Shown: in pieces, positions 9,781-19,842 of the stretch
Layout: the number at the start of each line of letters is the position of its first letter
How positions within the stretch are numbered: position 1 is the first letter of the stretch
Assembly: GCA_013336165.1 (NCBI GenBank)
Contig: JAAXUF010000008.1
Span: 8,743 to 72,742 of the forward strand
DNA length: 64,000 nt
Reading direction: 5' to 3'
Origin: Coriobacteriia bacterium
Lineage (GTDB): Bacteria > Actinomycetota > Coriobacteriia > Anaerosomatales > JAAXUF01
Made by a program: the position numbers and the translations under genes
Notes under the pieces: model-generated
Seen by the model: the letters and a program-made list of their open reading frames with translations, nothing else
What the model was told of the DNA's origin: nothing
Database searches by the model: none

Positions 9781-11124
9781 ATGCGGTCGCTCTTCGATGA
9801 AGGGGCCGACGAGGCGCGGGCCAAAGCCGCACCGCTTGCGGCACGCATGCGCCCACGCACGCTCGACGAATTCGTTGGGCAGTCCGACGTCGTAGGCCCG
9901 GGCACTTGGCTGCGCCGCGCCATCGCCGAGGACACGCTGTCATCGGTCATTCTCTACGGTCCGGCGGGCACCGGGAAGACGTCGCTCGCCCGCATCATCG
10001 CTTCGGCGACCCACGCCCATTTCGAAGAGGTCTCGGCTGTGACCGCCGGTGTCGCCGAGTTGCGCAAGGCGATCGCGGAAGCCTCGGACCGCCTCGGCTT
10101 GCAGGAGCGGCGTACGATCCTGTTCATCGACGAGATCCACCGGTTCTCGAAGTCGCAGCAAGACGCGCTTCTGCACGCGGTCGAGGATCGCATCGTCATC
10201 ATGGTGGGCGCCACCACCGAGAACCCCTTCTTCGAGGTCAACGCACCCTTGATCAGCCGATCGCGCGTGATCGTCTTAAATGTGCTCTTCGACGATGATG
10301 TGCGCGAGATCGTTCGCCGGGCGGTGATCGACGATCGCGGGCTGGCGGGCAAGGCGCGGCTGACGCCGGAAGCCGAAGACGCCATCGTCAATGAGGCCGG
10401 CGGAGACGCTCGTGTTGCGCTGACCACGCTCGAGCTGGCCGCGGGGGAGGCTCGCAACGCCACGGTAGGCGCGGACGGCGTTTGCGTCATCGGCATCGAC
10501 GAGGTCCGCAAGACATCGTCTTCTCGGCTGCTGCCGTACGACAAGCGCGGCGACGTGCACTACGACGTGATCTCGGCGTTCATCAAGTCGATGCGGGGGA
10601 GCGATCCTGATGCCGCGGTCTACTGGCTCGCTCGCATGATCCACGGTGGCGAGGATCCCAAGTTCATCGCGCGGCGCATGATGATCTTCGCGTCTGAGGA
10701 TGTGGGCAACGCCGAACCGCAGGCGCTCCTGATCGCTCACGCAGCATTCAAGGCCGCCGAGTCCATCGGCTGGCCCGAGGCACGCATCAACCTGGCTCAG
10801 GCCGCGGTGTACCTCGCGCTTGCCCCGAAGAGCAACGTGGCTTGTGTTGCGATTGACGCCGCGCTCGCCGAGATCCGCAAAGGTCCAGCTCAGGGCGTGC
10901 CCAACCATCTTCGTGACCGTCATCGGCCGGGCGCCGAGGGGTACGGCCCCTACCGGTATCCGCATTCGTATCCGGATGCGATCGTGCAGCAGCGCTATCT
11001 TCCTGAAGGTCTGGAGCGGGGAGCCTTCTACACCTCTTCGCCGAGAGGCTGGGAGGCCGCTCGCTCGCGGGAGCTCGGCCGCTTGCGTGACGCTGATATC
11101 GCTCGCGATGAGCGCGACGTCTGA
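9781..11124 (+). CDS. rarA: Replication-associated recombination protein A (AAA+ ATPase)
   Basis: Walker A GPAGTGKTSLA, Walker B ILFIDEIHRF, plus the MgsA lid and C-terminal tetramerisation regions. Confidence 0.9.
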   Translation: MRSLFDEGADEARAKAAPLAARMRPRTLDEFVGQSDVVGPGTWLRRAIAEDTLSSVILYGPAGTGKTSLARIIASATHAHFEEVSAVTAGVAELRKAIAEASDRLGLQERRTILFIDEIHRFSKSQQDALLHAVEDRIVIMVGATTENPFFEVNAPLISRSRVIVLNVLFDDDVREIVRRAVIDDRGLAGKARLTPEAEDAIVNEAGGDARVALTTLELAAGEARNATVGADGVCVIGIDEVRKTSSSRLLPYDKRGDVHYDVISAFIKSMRGSDPDAAVYWLARMIHGGEDPKFIARRMMIFASEDVGNAEPQALLIAHAAFKAAESIGWPEARINLAQAAVYLALAPKSNVACVAIDAALAEIRKGPAQGVPNHLRDRHRPGAEGYGPYRYPHSYPDAIVQQRYLPEGLERGAFYTSSPRGWEAARSRELGRLRDADIARDERDV

Positions 11125-11166
11125 TACACTGAAGTCCAATCTCGGAACTGATGTATCGGAGGCCGC

Positions 11167-11523
11167 ATGGACCCCGTCAACATACTTCTCGGCATATTGC
11201 TCGTGGTAGCCACCGTCCTGTGCTGCTTTGCGATATGGGCTTTGACTCAAGTTGTTTCGACGGCACGGTCCGTGAAGACCCTCGCGGATGACATGGATGT
11301 CCGGCTTGTGCCGCTCCTCGACAAGGCCGACGTGACCGTTGATGCCCTAAACGCCGAGTTGCTCCGTGTCGACGGCATAGTCGGTCAGTTCGAGCAGATC
11401 GGCGACCGCGTGAGCGGGGCGTCTCGGGCGGTTCAGGAAGTCACCAGCGCTCCCGGCGAAATCGTGGGCGAGATCGCTGACCGCGTCAGGCATGCCTGGC
11501 GTTCCCGCAAGTCTCGGCCGTAG
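11167..11523 (+). CDS. Small membrane protein, DUF948-like
   Basis: An N-terminal TM helix is followed by a coiled-coil-like segment. The family assignment was made by eye only. Confidence 0.4.
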   Translation: MDPVNILLGILLVVATVLCCFAIWALTQVVSTARSVKTLADDMDVRLVPLLDKADVTVDALNAELLRVDGIVGQFEQIGDRVSGASRAVQEVTSAPGEIVGEIADRVRHAWRSRKSRP

Positions 11524-11544
11524 CAGACCCAAACGGAGGCTCAC

Positions 11545-11943
11545 ATGGCACATGACCGCGTCACTCTCACGGTTCCCGCGAAGAGTGAATACGCCAAGAC
11601 CGTTCGTATGACGGCCGCCGCTCTGGTCGGCCACTTCGAGATGACGTACGACGAAGTTGACGACGTGCGCATGGCCGCCGACGAAGCGTTCGTATACGCA
11701 GCTGAAACTGTACCCGAGGGCGCGGACGTGAAGTTCGAGTTCACGCTCGGCGACGATTCGATCGCGATCGACGTATTGCTTGGCCGGGAGATTCCGGATG
11801 CGGACAATGGGGTCGAGCGCAGTGTGGCCTACGCCGTGTTCATCCTCGAAGCCGTCTGTGACAGCTACGAATTCGCGAGCGATGAGGCGGGCGCGCATCT
11901 GCGTATCGTGAAGCGGGTCGGGAACGCCGATGCCAACGACTAG
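11545..11943 (+). CDS. Anti-sigma factor, UsfX/RsbW-like
   Basis: The 132-aa pattern FEMTYDEVDDVRMAADEAFVYAAE parallels mycobacterial UsfX (DLDFDAVADLRLAVDEVCTRL). It sits immediately upstream of, and overlaps, a SigF/SigB-group sigma factor. Confidence 0.6.
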   Translation: MAHDRVTLTVPAKSEYAKTVRMTAAALVGHFEMTYDEVDDVRMAADEAFVYAAETVPEGADVKFEFTLGDDSIAIDVLLGREIPDADNGVERSVAYAVFILEAVCDSYEFASDEAGAHLRIVKRVGNADAND

Positions 11944-12718
11944 GAGCGGTCCTGTCAAGCAGGTCCGCAGACTCTCTTGGGACAAGGCCTATACCAGGGA
12001 ACTCTTCGGCAGGTTTCGCCTCAATGCGGACGAGGAGGCTCGTGACGAACTCGTCACGATGTACCTGAATCTGGTGAAGTATCTTGCCAGCCGTTTTCGC
12101 AACCGGGGCGAGCCGATGGACGACCTCGTCCAGGTCGGTACGATCGGCCTCATCAAGGCGATCGACCGCTTCGACCTCGACCGGCAACTCGAGTTCACAA
12201 CGTACGCCACCCCAACGATCGTCGGCGAGATCAAACGTCACTTTCGCGACAAGGGCTGGGCTATCAAGGTTCCTCGGCGGCTCCAGGAGCTGTCGTTCAA
12301 GGTCAATCAGGCCGTAGACGCACTCACGCAGTCCCAGCAGCGCTCTCCAACCATCGCCGAGATCGCTGACTACCTTGGGGTGACCTCGGAAGAAGTGCTT
12401 GAGGCGATGGAGACCAGCGAGGCGTATAACTTCGTGTCGCTTGAGACGGATCGCAACGGCGAGGGTTCGGACTCCTTCAGCATCCTGGAATATGTGGGCA
12501 AGGACGATGCGTTGATGTCGGTCGTCGAGGACCGCACCACGTTGGCCGCCGCCTTCACCAAGCTCACACCGCAAGAGCAGCAGGTGCTTTACCTGAGATT
12601 TTTCCAGGGACTCACCCAGACCGAGATCGCCGAGAAACTCGACATCTCGCAAATGCAGGTTTCACGTCTGTTGCGGCGGACGCTCAAGGTCCTGCGCGAG
12701 AACATAGTGAAGGACTGA
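11930..12718 (+). CDS. RNA polymerase sigma factor, SigB/SigF/SigG group (sigma-70 regions 2, 3, 4)
   Basis: Region 2 DLVQVGTIGLIKAIDRFD and region 4 TQTEIAEKLDISQMQVSRL. It overlaps the upstream anti-sigma gene stop. Confidence 0.85.
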   Translation: MPTTRSGPVKQVRRLSWDKAYTRELFGRFRLNADEEARDELVTMYLNLVKYLASRFRNRGEPMDDLVQVGTIGLIKAIDRFDLDRQLEFTTYATPTIVGEIKRHFRDKGWAIKVPRRLQELSFKVNQAVDALTQSQQRSPTIAEIADYLGVTSEEVLEAMETSEAYNFVSLETDRNGEGSDSFSILEYVGKDDALMSVVEDRTTLAAAFTKLTPQEQQVLYLRFFQGLTQTEIAEKLDISQMQVSRLLRRTLKVLRENIVKD

Positions 12719-12720
12719 TC

Positions 12721-13932
12721 GTGATCACACCCGAGCAACGCTATTCAAAGTGGCGCACCACGGCGGTCATCGCTTGGGGGTCTATCGGTATTCTGGTGCT
12801 CATCGGCGCCGCCCTCGTCGGGATGTCGCACATTGTGAATGCGCTGGTTCCGTTCGCCCTCGCCCTCCTGTTTGCCTTCCTAATGCGTTCGCCCATCAAT
12901 GCGCTTGTTTCCCGGGGCTGGTCGCGCGGACTCGCCGCGCTGACTTGCATTCTGACCGTGTTCATTGTCATCGGAGGAGTGCTGACGTTCGTCATCCCGC
13001 CGATAGGGCGTCAGACGGTCGCGTTTGTCGGCGACATACCCAAGTACCTGACTCAAGTTGAGAATCTGATCGCGAGCCTCAGCGCCCGGTTTACCTTGGC
13101 GACCCTCCCTACATGGGTCAGCGACATCTCCACGGCCATCAGCGATCAGATGTCAGGGGTCGCGCTTGCGGCTGGGAACGGAATCGCAAAGGGTGTTGTG
13201 TCTGCTGGCAGCACCATGGCGACCGGAGTCTTCGACATATTCATCGGTTTCGTGATCGCCTACTGGATACTGAGGGATCTTCCCAAGATCCGCCAGGAAC
13301 TGGCAGTCTTGGCGGGGCCCAAGTACGAAAGAGATCTCGAGCATGCGCTGGCGACGATATCTCGCGTGGTCGGCGGCTACCTGAAAGGTCAGACCATCGC
13401 ATCGCTGGTTACCGGAACACTCGCGACCATCGGACTTGCGATACTTGGCGTGCCGTATGCGCTTGTGCTGGGACTAATGGTGTTCATCCTCAACTACGTG
13501 CCCTACATTGGGCCGATGATATCGGCTCTGGTCGCCGGTCTTGTGGGCCTTCTTGTGGGCCCATGGGTGGGAGTCGGCGCTGTGGCTGTGGTCGTTGTCG
13601 CGCAGAACGTCACCGACAACTTTGTGACGCCCCGCGTCATGTCCGAGCAAGTCGACCTGCATCCGACGCTCGTGATATTCTCGCTGCTCGTCGGCGGAGC
13701 GCTTTTTGGCATTCCGGGCATGGTGCTGGCGATCCCCGTGGCTGCAACGGCGAAGGGGCTGTTCGTCTATTACTACGAGCGCAAGACGGAGCGCTCGCTG
13801 GTCAGCGACGACGGCGCGCTATTCCGCAGGCAGGCCGGTCCGGCGCCTGAAGAGCCACGAGTGGTGCAGGACGACGAATCGGCCGCTGAGACACCTGATG
13901 ACATTCAAGAGAGCGCGAGGAACGATACGTGA
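12721..13932 (+). CDS. AI-2E family transporter (PerM/UPF0118)
   Basis: About 8 TM helices; the FLLNYVPYIGP motif is typical of the AI-2E family. Confidence 0.8.
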   Translation: MITPEQRYSKWRTTAVIAWGSIGILVLIGAALVGMSHIVNALVPFALALLFAFLMRSPINALVSRGWSRGLAALTCILTVFIVIGGVLTFVIPPIGRQTVAFVGDIPKYLTQVENLIASLSARFTLATLPTWVSDISTAISDQMSGVALAAGNGIAKGVVSAGSTMATGVFDIFIGFVIAYWILRDLPKIRQELAVLAGPKYERDLEHALATISRVVGGYLKGQTIASLVTGTLATIGLAILGVPYALVLGLMVFILNYVPYIGPMISALVAGLVGLLVGPWVGVGAVAVVVVAQNVTDNFVTPRVMSEQVDLHPTLVIFSLLVGGALFGIPGMVLAIPVAATAKGLFVYYYERKTERSLVSDDGALFRRQAGPAPEEPRVVQDDESAAETPDDIQESARNDT

Positions 13933-16553
13933 ATTCGGTGGACATACGTGAGAAATACCTTTCATTCTTCGAGAGCAAGGGCTGCCGCAGGCTTCCGTCA
14001 TCTTCGCTGATTCCGGACGACCCCTCACTGCTTCTGACCACGGCCGGTATGGTGCAGTTCAAGCCTGTGTTCCTCGGCGCGAAGAACCTCGGGTTCACAC
14101 GCGCCACGACCGTGCAGAAGTGCGTCCGCACCACCGATATCGACATCATCGGTACGACGGGGAGGCATCACAGCTTCTTCGAGATGCTCGGCAACTTCTC
14201 CTTTGGCGACTACTTCAAGTCCGAGGCGTGCGCTTGGGCGTGGGAGTTCTCGACCGGTGTTCTCGGGCTGGATCCGGACCGTCTCTGGGTCTCGATATTT
14301 GAAGACGACGACGAAGCCGAGAACATCTGGATCAACGAAGTCGGTGTTTCCGCCGATCGGATCGTACGGATGGGAGCGAAGGACAACTTCTGGTCGGCCG
14401 GACCTACGGGCCCCTGCGGACCATGCTCCGAGCTCTACTACGACCAAGGGCCTGAGGTCGGTTGCGGCAGCGCCGAGTGCGCGGTCGGGTGCGACTGCGA
14501 CCGATTCCTTGAGTATTGGAACCTCGTCTTCATGCAGTACGACAGGGCCGAGGACGGCACGCTATCGCCCCTGCCCAAGAAGAACATCGACACCGGCATG
14601 GGCCTTGAGCGCATCGCCGGCATTCTGCAAGGCGTGCGCTCGAACTTCGAGACCGACATCCTGCGCTCGCTGATGACGCTTGCCGGGGAAATCACCGGTA
14701 CCCTGTACGGCGCGGGCGAGAAGTCTGACACCTCGCTGCGCATCATCGCCGACCACGCTCGCGCGGTGACGTTCCTTATCGCCGACGGCGTCATCCCGTC
14801 CAACGAAGGCCGGGGTTACGTGCTTCGCAGGCTCCTGCGGCGTGGAGTGCGGCACGGCAGGTTGCTCGGGGTCGAGGATGCGTTTCTCGTGCGGCTCGTC
14901 GATCTCGTCATCGAGCTCATGGGTGCCGCCTATCCCGAGATTGTCGAGCATCGCGATCTCATCGAAGGTATCGTGGAGAGCGAAGAGGAGAGATTTGGCG
15001 TCACGCTTCGTCAGGGCATGGGCTTCCTCGAGACGGAGCTCGAAAGGCTCGCCAACTCCGGCGGCGGCACGCTGGACGGCAACACAGCGTTCGCGCTTCA
15101 CGACACCTACGGTTTCCCGTTCGAGCTGACCGCCGAGATCGCCGCCGAGAAGGGCGTCGCGGTCGACGTCGACTCCTTCACTAGCGCGATGGAAGCGCAA
15201 CGCAATCGTGCTCGCGCGGCGGTCAAGGACGATTCGTGGACAGCTTTTGGCGGCGTGGCTGCTCAGGTCGCGAAGGAGCGCGGCGCAACCGACTTCGTGG
15301 GGTATGAGCACGATGAGACCGCTGCGCACGTCATTGCGCTCATTCGCGGGGGTGAGCGCGTCGAGGCGCTGCTGGCGGGCGAGCTGGGCGAGATCGTGCT
15401 TGACCGGACCTCGTTTTACGGCGAGCAGGGAGGTCAGGTCGGCGACATCGGCACAATCACCGGTGACGAGGCGGTGTTCATCGTCGAGGACACGAAGATA
15501 GCGCAGGGGGTCATCACGCATCTGGGCCACGTCGAGTCAGGGACCCTTCATGTGGGTGAAGACGTGCATGCAGTGATCGACGTGTTGCGCCGCGAGCGCA
15601 TTCGCAGAAACCATACGGCGACCCATCTACTGCACTGGGCGCTGCGGCTCGTTCTCGGCCAGCATGCCAAACAGGCCGGTTCATACGTCACTCCCGAGCG
15701 GCTGCGGTTCGACTTCACGCACTTCGAGGGCATGACGCGCGAGCAGCTCGACAAGGTCGAACGCCTGGTCAACGCCAAGATCTTCGAGAACCATCCCGTC
15801 AGGGCATACGAGACGTCGATCACATTCGCGCGCGAATCCGGCGTGACCGCGCTGTTCGGCGAGAAATATGGCGAGTTCGTGCGCGTGCTCGAGATAGGCA
15901 ACTTCTCCAAGGAGTTGTGCGGCGGCACTCATATCGCACGGACCACCGAAATCGGCCTCGTGAAGATCGTCTCGGAATCCAGCGTGGGGGCCAATCTGCG
16001 CCGGATCGAGGCGGTTTCCTCATTCGATGCTTATGATCTCGTCCTGCGTGAGGAAGCTGAGCTCATCGAAGCTGCCGATCTCCTGAAAGTGCCGCGATTT
16101 GACACGGCGGAACGCGTGAGTGCTCTCTTGACGCACAGCAAGGAGCTTCAAGCCAAAGAAGGCTCGCGTCTGCGTGCTGTGGCAGACAACGTCGTTGACG
16201 AACTGTTCGGGCAGGCCGAGAACGTCGGCTACCCGGTGGTTATCGCGCAGGTTCCGTCGGTAGATGCCAAGGCGATGCGCGCGCTCGCGGATTCGTTGCG
16301 CAGTCGCCTTGAAGGCGGTGCGGTCTTCCTCGCGACCACCGAACCCGCTGGCGGCACCCCACTGCTGCTGGCGGCCGGCTCCGATGAGGCGGTTGCGGCC
16401 GGTTTCGACGCGGGTGCCGTGATTCGCGCTGCGGCCGTGGCGGTCAAGGGTGGCGGCGGCGGAAAGCCGCAGATGGCGCAAGCCGGCGGCAAGGACGCCG
16501 CGGGCATCGATGAAGCGCTTCGCATCGCCCGCGAGACCCTCGGCGCGAGATAG
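13929..16553 (+). CDS. alaS: Alanine--tRNA ligase
   Basis: 874 aa with class II AlaRS motifs (FTTAGM-like TTAGMVQFKP, WSAGPTGPCGPCSE), the editing-domain HTATHLLH motif and a C-terminal DHHA1-like domain. Confidence 0.95.
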   Translation: MNSVDIREKYLSFFESKGCRRLPSSSLIPDDPSLLLTTAGMVQFKPVFLGAKNLGFTRATTVQKCVRTTDIDIIGTTGRHHSFFEMLGNFSFGDYFKSEACAWAWEFSTGVLGLDPDRLWVSIFEDDDEAENIWINEVGVSADRIVRMGAKDNFWSAGPTGPCGPCSELYYDQGPEVGCGSAECAVGCDCDRFLEYWNLVFMQYDRAEDGTLSPLPKKNIDTGMGLERIAGILQGVRSNFETDILRSLMTLAGEITGTLYGAGEKSDTSLRIIADHARAVTFLIADGVIPSNEGRGYVLRRLLRRGVRHGRLLGVEDAFLVRLVDLVIELMGAAYPEIVEHRDLIEGIVESEEERFGVTLRQGMGFLETELERLANSGGGTLDGNTAFALHDTYGFPFELTAEIAAEKGVAVDVDSFTSAMEAQRNRARAAVKDDSWTAFGGVAAQVAKERGATDFVGYEHDETAAHVIALIRGGERVEALLAGELGEIVLDRTSFYGEQGGQVGDIGTITGDEAVFIVEDTKIAQGVITHLGHVESGTLHVGEDVHAVIDVLRRERIRRNHTATHLLHWALRLVLGQHAKQAGSYVTPERLRFDFTHFEGMTREQLDKVERLVNAKIFENHPVRAYETSITFARESGVTALFGEKYGEFVRVLEIGNFSKELCGGTHIARTTEIGLVKIVSESSVGANLRRIEAVSSFDAYDLVLREEAELIEAADLLKVPRFDTAERVSALLTHSKELQAKEGSRLRAVADNVVDELFGQAENVGYPVVIAQVPSVDAKAMRALADSLRSRLEGGAVFLATTEPAGGTPLLLAAGSDEAVAAGFDAGAVIRAAAVAVKGGGGGKPQMAQAGGKDAAGIDEALRIARETLGAR

Positions 16554-16567
16554 GGGCTGAGGCGCGC

Positions 16568-17011
16568 ATGCGCGTGCTGGGTCTTGATATCGGCGAGAAG
16601 CGGATCGGAGTGGCCATTTCCGACCCTTCTGGGCGCGTCGCAATGCCGCTCGTGGTACTGGATGCGAAGGCTGTACTTCGGGACGGCGGCGAGCTGGTTC
16701 ACCTCATTGCCGACTACGAAGTGGAGTCTGTCCTGATCGGATTGCCGCTCTCGCTCGATGGGAGCGAGAACCGGCAGGCAGAAGAAGTTCGCCGAGCAGG
16801 CAGAAGGTTGGCTCGGTTCTTGCCTGTTCCTCTTGTGTACTTTGACGAGCGGTTTTCCTCGGCCGAGGCACGCCGCGCGATGAGTACGGCGGGGCTCTCG
16901 GACCAAGAGCAGCGCGGGCGGGTCGACATGGTCGCCGCGTCACTTTTCCTGCAGGCCTACCTGGATCGTCTCGCGTGCAGCGGGAAGAGCGGAGAGCTTC
17001 AAAATGGTTGA
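16568..17011 (+). CDS. ruvX: Holliday junction resolvase-like RuvX/YqgF
   Basis: Begins MRVLGLDIGEKRIGVAISD. It lies in the conserved alaS-ruvX-mltG order. Confidence 0.9.
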   Translation: MRVLGLDIGEKRIGVAISDPSGRVAMPLVVLDAKAVLRDGGELVHLIADYEVESVLIGLPLSLDGSENRQAEEVRRAGRRLARFLPVPLVYFDERFSSAEARRAMSTAGLSDQEQRGRVDMVAASLFLQAYLDRLACSGKSGELQNG

Positions 17012-18140
17012 GGAAAGGCCGAGAAGGCATCGGAGAAGCGCCGTGTCCACACCGGTATCGGAGCCGCGGCGGCAGCAACGCGAACCGCGCCGTCGGTCGA
17101 AGAGAACCGTTGTGGCAGCGATCCTTTCGCTGGTGCTTGTGGCCGTCTTGGCGGTTGCGCTTATCGCTTGGCTCGGGTTTTTCCGGCCGGAAAGCTCGCT
17201 TGCGGCTGGCACGAATGTCACCGTCACGATAAGCAGCGGCTCCAGCACGTCCGAGATCGCGCGCGTTTTAGCGTCAAGCGGCGTTGTGGCCAACAGCAAC
17301 ATGTTCCTGTGGCGTGTGCGTCAGATGAACGCGGGTTCCGACCTCAAGTCGGGGACCTACCAGCTCGCGGCCAAGATGCCCTACGAGCTGGTCATCGACC
17401 GCCTCAAGGCGGGGCCTGAGAAAGTGGTGCTCGACACCATCACAGTTACAATCCCGGAAGGCTTCAGGCTCAAAGACGTCGCTGCGCGCGTAGAGAGCAA
17501 GCTCGGCATTCCGGCTGCCGACTTCCTTGCGCTCGCGAGCAAGGGCGCCGAGAAGTTCTCGGCGAAGCACCCTGCCGTCAAGGGCGCGTACGGCGGGTCG
17601 CTGGAAGGCTTCCTGTTCCCCAAGACATACGAGTTCGAGCGCAGCGCGACGGCTACCGCCGTGATCGAGACGATGCTCGCGCAGTTCGACAAGGAAGTCG
17701 CCCAAGTCGACATGACCGCCGCGAACAAGGCCGGTTACTCGCTGTCCCAGATCGTGACGATGGCGTCCATCATCGAGAAGGAAACCAAGCTCGATGAGGA
17801 ACGGCCACTGGTGTCTTCGGTCATCTACAACCGGCTCGCCCTCAAGTGGAAGCTGCAGATGTGTTCTACGGTGCAGATTCTGCTCCCCGCCGAGAAGTTC
17901 CGGTTAAGCGACCAGGATCTCAAGATTGTGAGCCCCTATAACACGTACCTGAACAACGGGTTGCCGCCGGGACCGATCGCGAACCCCGGTCTTGCGTCTC
18001 TCAAGGCCGCCGCGAACCCCGCGAAGTCCGACTACTTGTATTATGTGCTGACAGGCAAAGACGGCTCTCAGACGTTCGCGTCTAACGACAAGGACTTCCA
18101 GGCCGCCAAGAAGAAGTCGCTGGAGGTGTTCGGGCAGTAA
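17004..18140 (+). CDS. mltG: Endolytic murein transglycosylase MltG (YceG-like)
   Basis: An N-terminal TM helix is followed by a YceG domain (SGTYQL, YNTYLNNGLPPGPIANPG). Confidence 0.88.
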   Translation: MVEERPRRHRRSAVSTPVSEPRRQQREPRRRSKRTVVAAILSLVLVAVLAVALIAWLGFFRPESSLAAGTNVTVTISSGSSTSEIARVLASSGVVANSNMFLWRVRQMNAGSDLKSGTYQLAAKMPYELVIDRLKAGPEKVVLDTITVTIPEGFRLKDVAARVESKLGIPAADFLALASKGAEKFSAKHPAVKGAYGGSLEGFLFPKTYEFERSATATAVIETMLAQFDKEVAQVDMTAANKAGYSLSQIVTMASIIEKETKLDEERPLVSSVIYNRLALKWKLQMCSTVQILLPAEKFRLSDQDLKIVSPYNTYLNNGLPPGPIANPGLASLKAAANPAKSDYLYYVLTGKDGSQTFASNDKDFQAAKKKSLEVFGQ

Positions 18141-19111
18141 TGGGTGTAGGCGACGGTGGGGAATCGCTTCTGGCCGTACTGATAAAAGACGCTCGCAAGG
18201 ACTACGGAAAAGCCGCCGGCGGACGCCGCGAAGCGGTCAAAGACGTGTCGCTCGCGGTTTCGCGCGGGACGATCCATGGGCTTCTGGGTCCCAACGGCGC
18301 CGGCAAGACCACGACGCTCAAGATGCTTCTGGGCCTCGTTCGCCCGTCCGGCGGACGATTCGAGATCCTCGGCGTGCCGGCAGCACAACCTGAAGCGCGC
18401 GCCCGGGTCGGCTTTCTGCCCGAGCAGCCGTACTTTCCCGCCCAGCTGACGGCCTCTGAGGCGATGACGCTCTATGGCCGTCTCGCGGGCTTAACTCGCT
18501 CAGCGATTGCCGAGCAGACCGGCGATCTCTTGGATCGTGTGGGACTTGATGGCCGCCAGACGACGCAACTCTCGAAGTTCTCCCGCGGCATGCTCCAGCG
18601 CTTGGGTCTTGCCACGGCACTTCTCGGCTCGCCTGAACTGCTGGTCCTCGACGAGCCGGGTTCCGGCTTAGATCCCATAGGACAGCGCGACATCCGCAAC
18701 CTCATGCTCGACTTCAAGGCCGAGGGCGTCACTGTCCTGCTGTCTTCGCACCAGCTCTCTGAGGTCGAGGCCGTTTCCGACGAGGTCACGATTCTCAACC
18801 GCGGCCGAGTCGCCGCTAGGGGCCAGATCGATACGCTGCTCAATGTTGCGGGCCAGGTCTCGGTGACCGCTCGCGGCGAAGGCTCACTTCCGGTGGCTGT
18901 GACCGACGCGGTTACCGATGTGGCCGTCACGGGCGCCACGTCTGTCTTCTCGGTGCCGTGCGGCCGCGTGCGCGGTGTTGTGGATGCTCTAGATGATGCC
19001 GGCTGGAGCCTCGTGTCTGTGGCGCCCAAGCGTTCTTCTCTTGAAGACTACTTCGCGCGGCTGCTTGACGACTCCGCCGAGGACGTCGGTAAGGGGGGTG
19101 ACGCCCGATGA
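18140..19111 (+). CDS. ABC transporter ATP-binding protein
   Basis: Walker A GPNGAGKTT, signature FSRGMLQRLGLA, Walker B LLVLDEP. The start overlaps the mltG stop (TAATG). Confidence 0.9.
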   Translation: MGVGDGGESLLAVLIKDARKDYGKAAGGRREAVKDVSLAVSRGTIHGLLGPNGAGKTTTLKMLLGLVRPSGGRFEILGVPAAQPEARARVGFLPEQPYFPAQLTASEAMTLYGRLAGLTRSAIAEQTGDLLDRVGLDGRQTTQLSKFSRGMLQRLGLATALLGSPELLVLDEPGSGLDPIGQRDIRNLMLDFKAEGVTVLLSSHQLSEVEAVSDEVTILNRGRVAARGQIDTLLNVAGQVSVTARGEGSLPVAVTDAVTDVAVTGATSVFSVPCGRVRGVVDALDDAGWSLVSVAPKRSSLEDYFARLLDDSAEDVGKGGDAR

Positions 19112-19842
19112 ACAAAATCCTAGCGATCGCCGCGGCCGTAATTGCGGATGCGGTTCGGCGCAAGGTGGTCTGGATCGTTGTGGTGTTTGGCGCCCTGCTG
19201 GCAATCGCGGTTCCCAGCCTGCCGAGTTACGGTGTGGGCGTGGTCTCGGCTGTGTATCGCGAAGTCTCCATCGCGCTGATGTGGGTCGCGGCGCTGGTTG
19301 TCTCCCTGGCGCTTTCCGCCACACGGATTCCCGCCGAGGTCGAGCATCGCACCGTCTTCAACGTGTTCTCGCGCGACGTGCGACGATGGCAGTATCTGAC
19401 CGGGACGTGGCTCGGCATGTTCGCAGTGGTGGGCGTGGCTTTGGTCGCGTTTGCACTGATGACGATCGGCATCGGCGCGCTGCAGTACCAAGAATTCATG
19501 TGGAGGCTCTTTGAGGCGGCCTTTGCAGTGTGGCTTGAGATGGGCGTCGTGATCGCGTTCACCGTGATGATTTCGAGCGTCATGGGAGCTGTGACCTCCG
19601 TCGTGGCCGCCTTGGCGTTCGTGTTCGTGGGTCATTCATACGTCAGCCTGCTGCAGATTCCCGAGACGCAGCGCGCGCCGTGGTGGATCCCGGGGCTCGA
19701 CGTCTTCAACGTCATCAACCCCGTGGCGCACGGAACCGGCTACGGGCTCGTCTATGCAGCTTCGATGGTGCTGGTGTTCGCGGGCTGGATCGGGCTGCTG
19801 CTTCTCGGCGGAGGGGCGCTGTTCTCGAGGCGCGACCTGTGA
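19108..19842 (+). CDS. ABC-2 family permease
   Basis: Six predicted TM helices. The 4-nt overlap with the ATPase gene suggests translational coupling. Confidence 0.75.
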   Translation: MNKILAIAAAVIADAVRRKVVWIVVVFGALLAIAVPSLPSYGVGVVSAVYREVSIALMWVAALVVSLALSATRIPAEVEHRTVFNVFSRDVRRWQYLTGTWLGMFAVVGVALVAFALMTIGIGALQYQEFMWRLFEAAFAVWLEMGVVIAFTVMISSVMGAVTSVVAALAFVFVGHSYVSLLQIPETQRAPWWIPGLDVFNVINPVAHGTGYGLVYAASMVLVFAGWIGLLLLGGGALFSRRDL

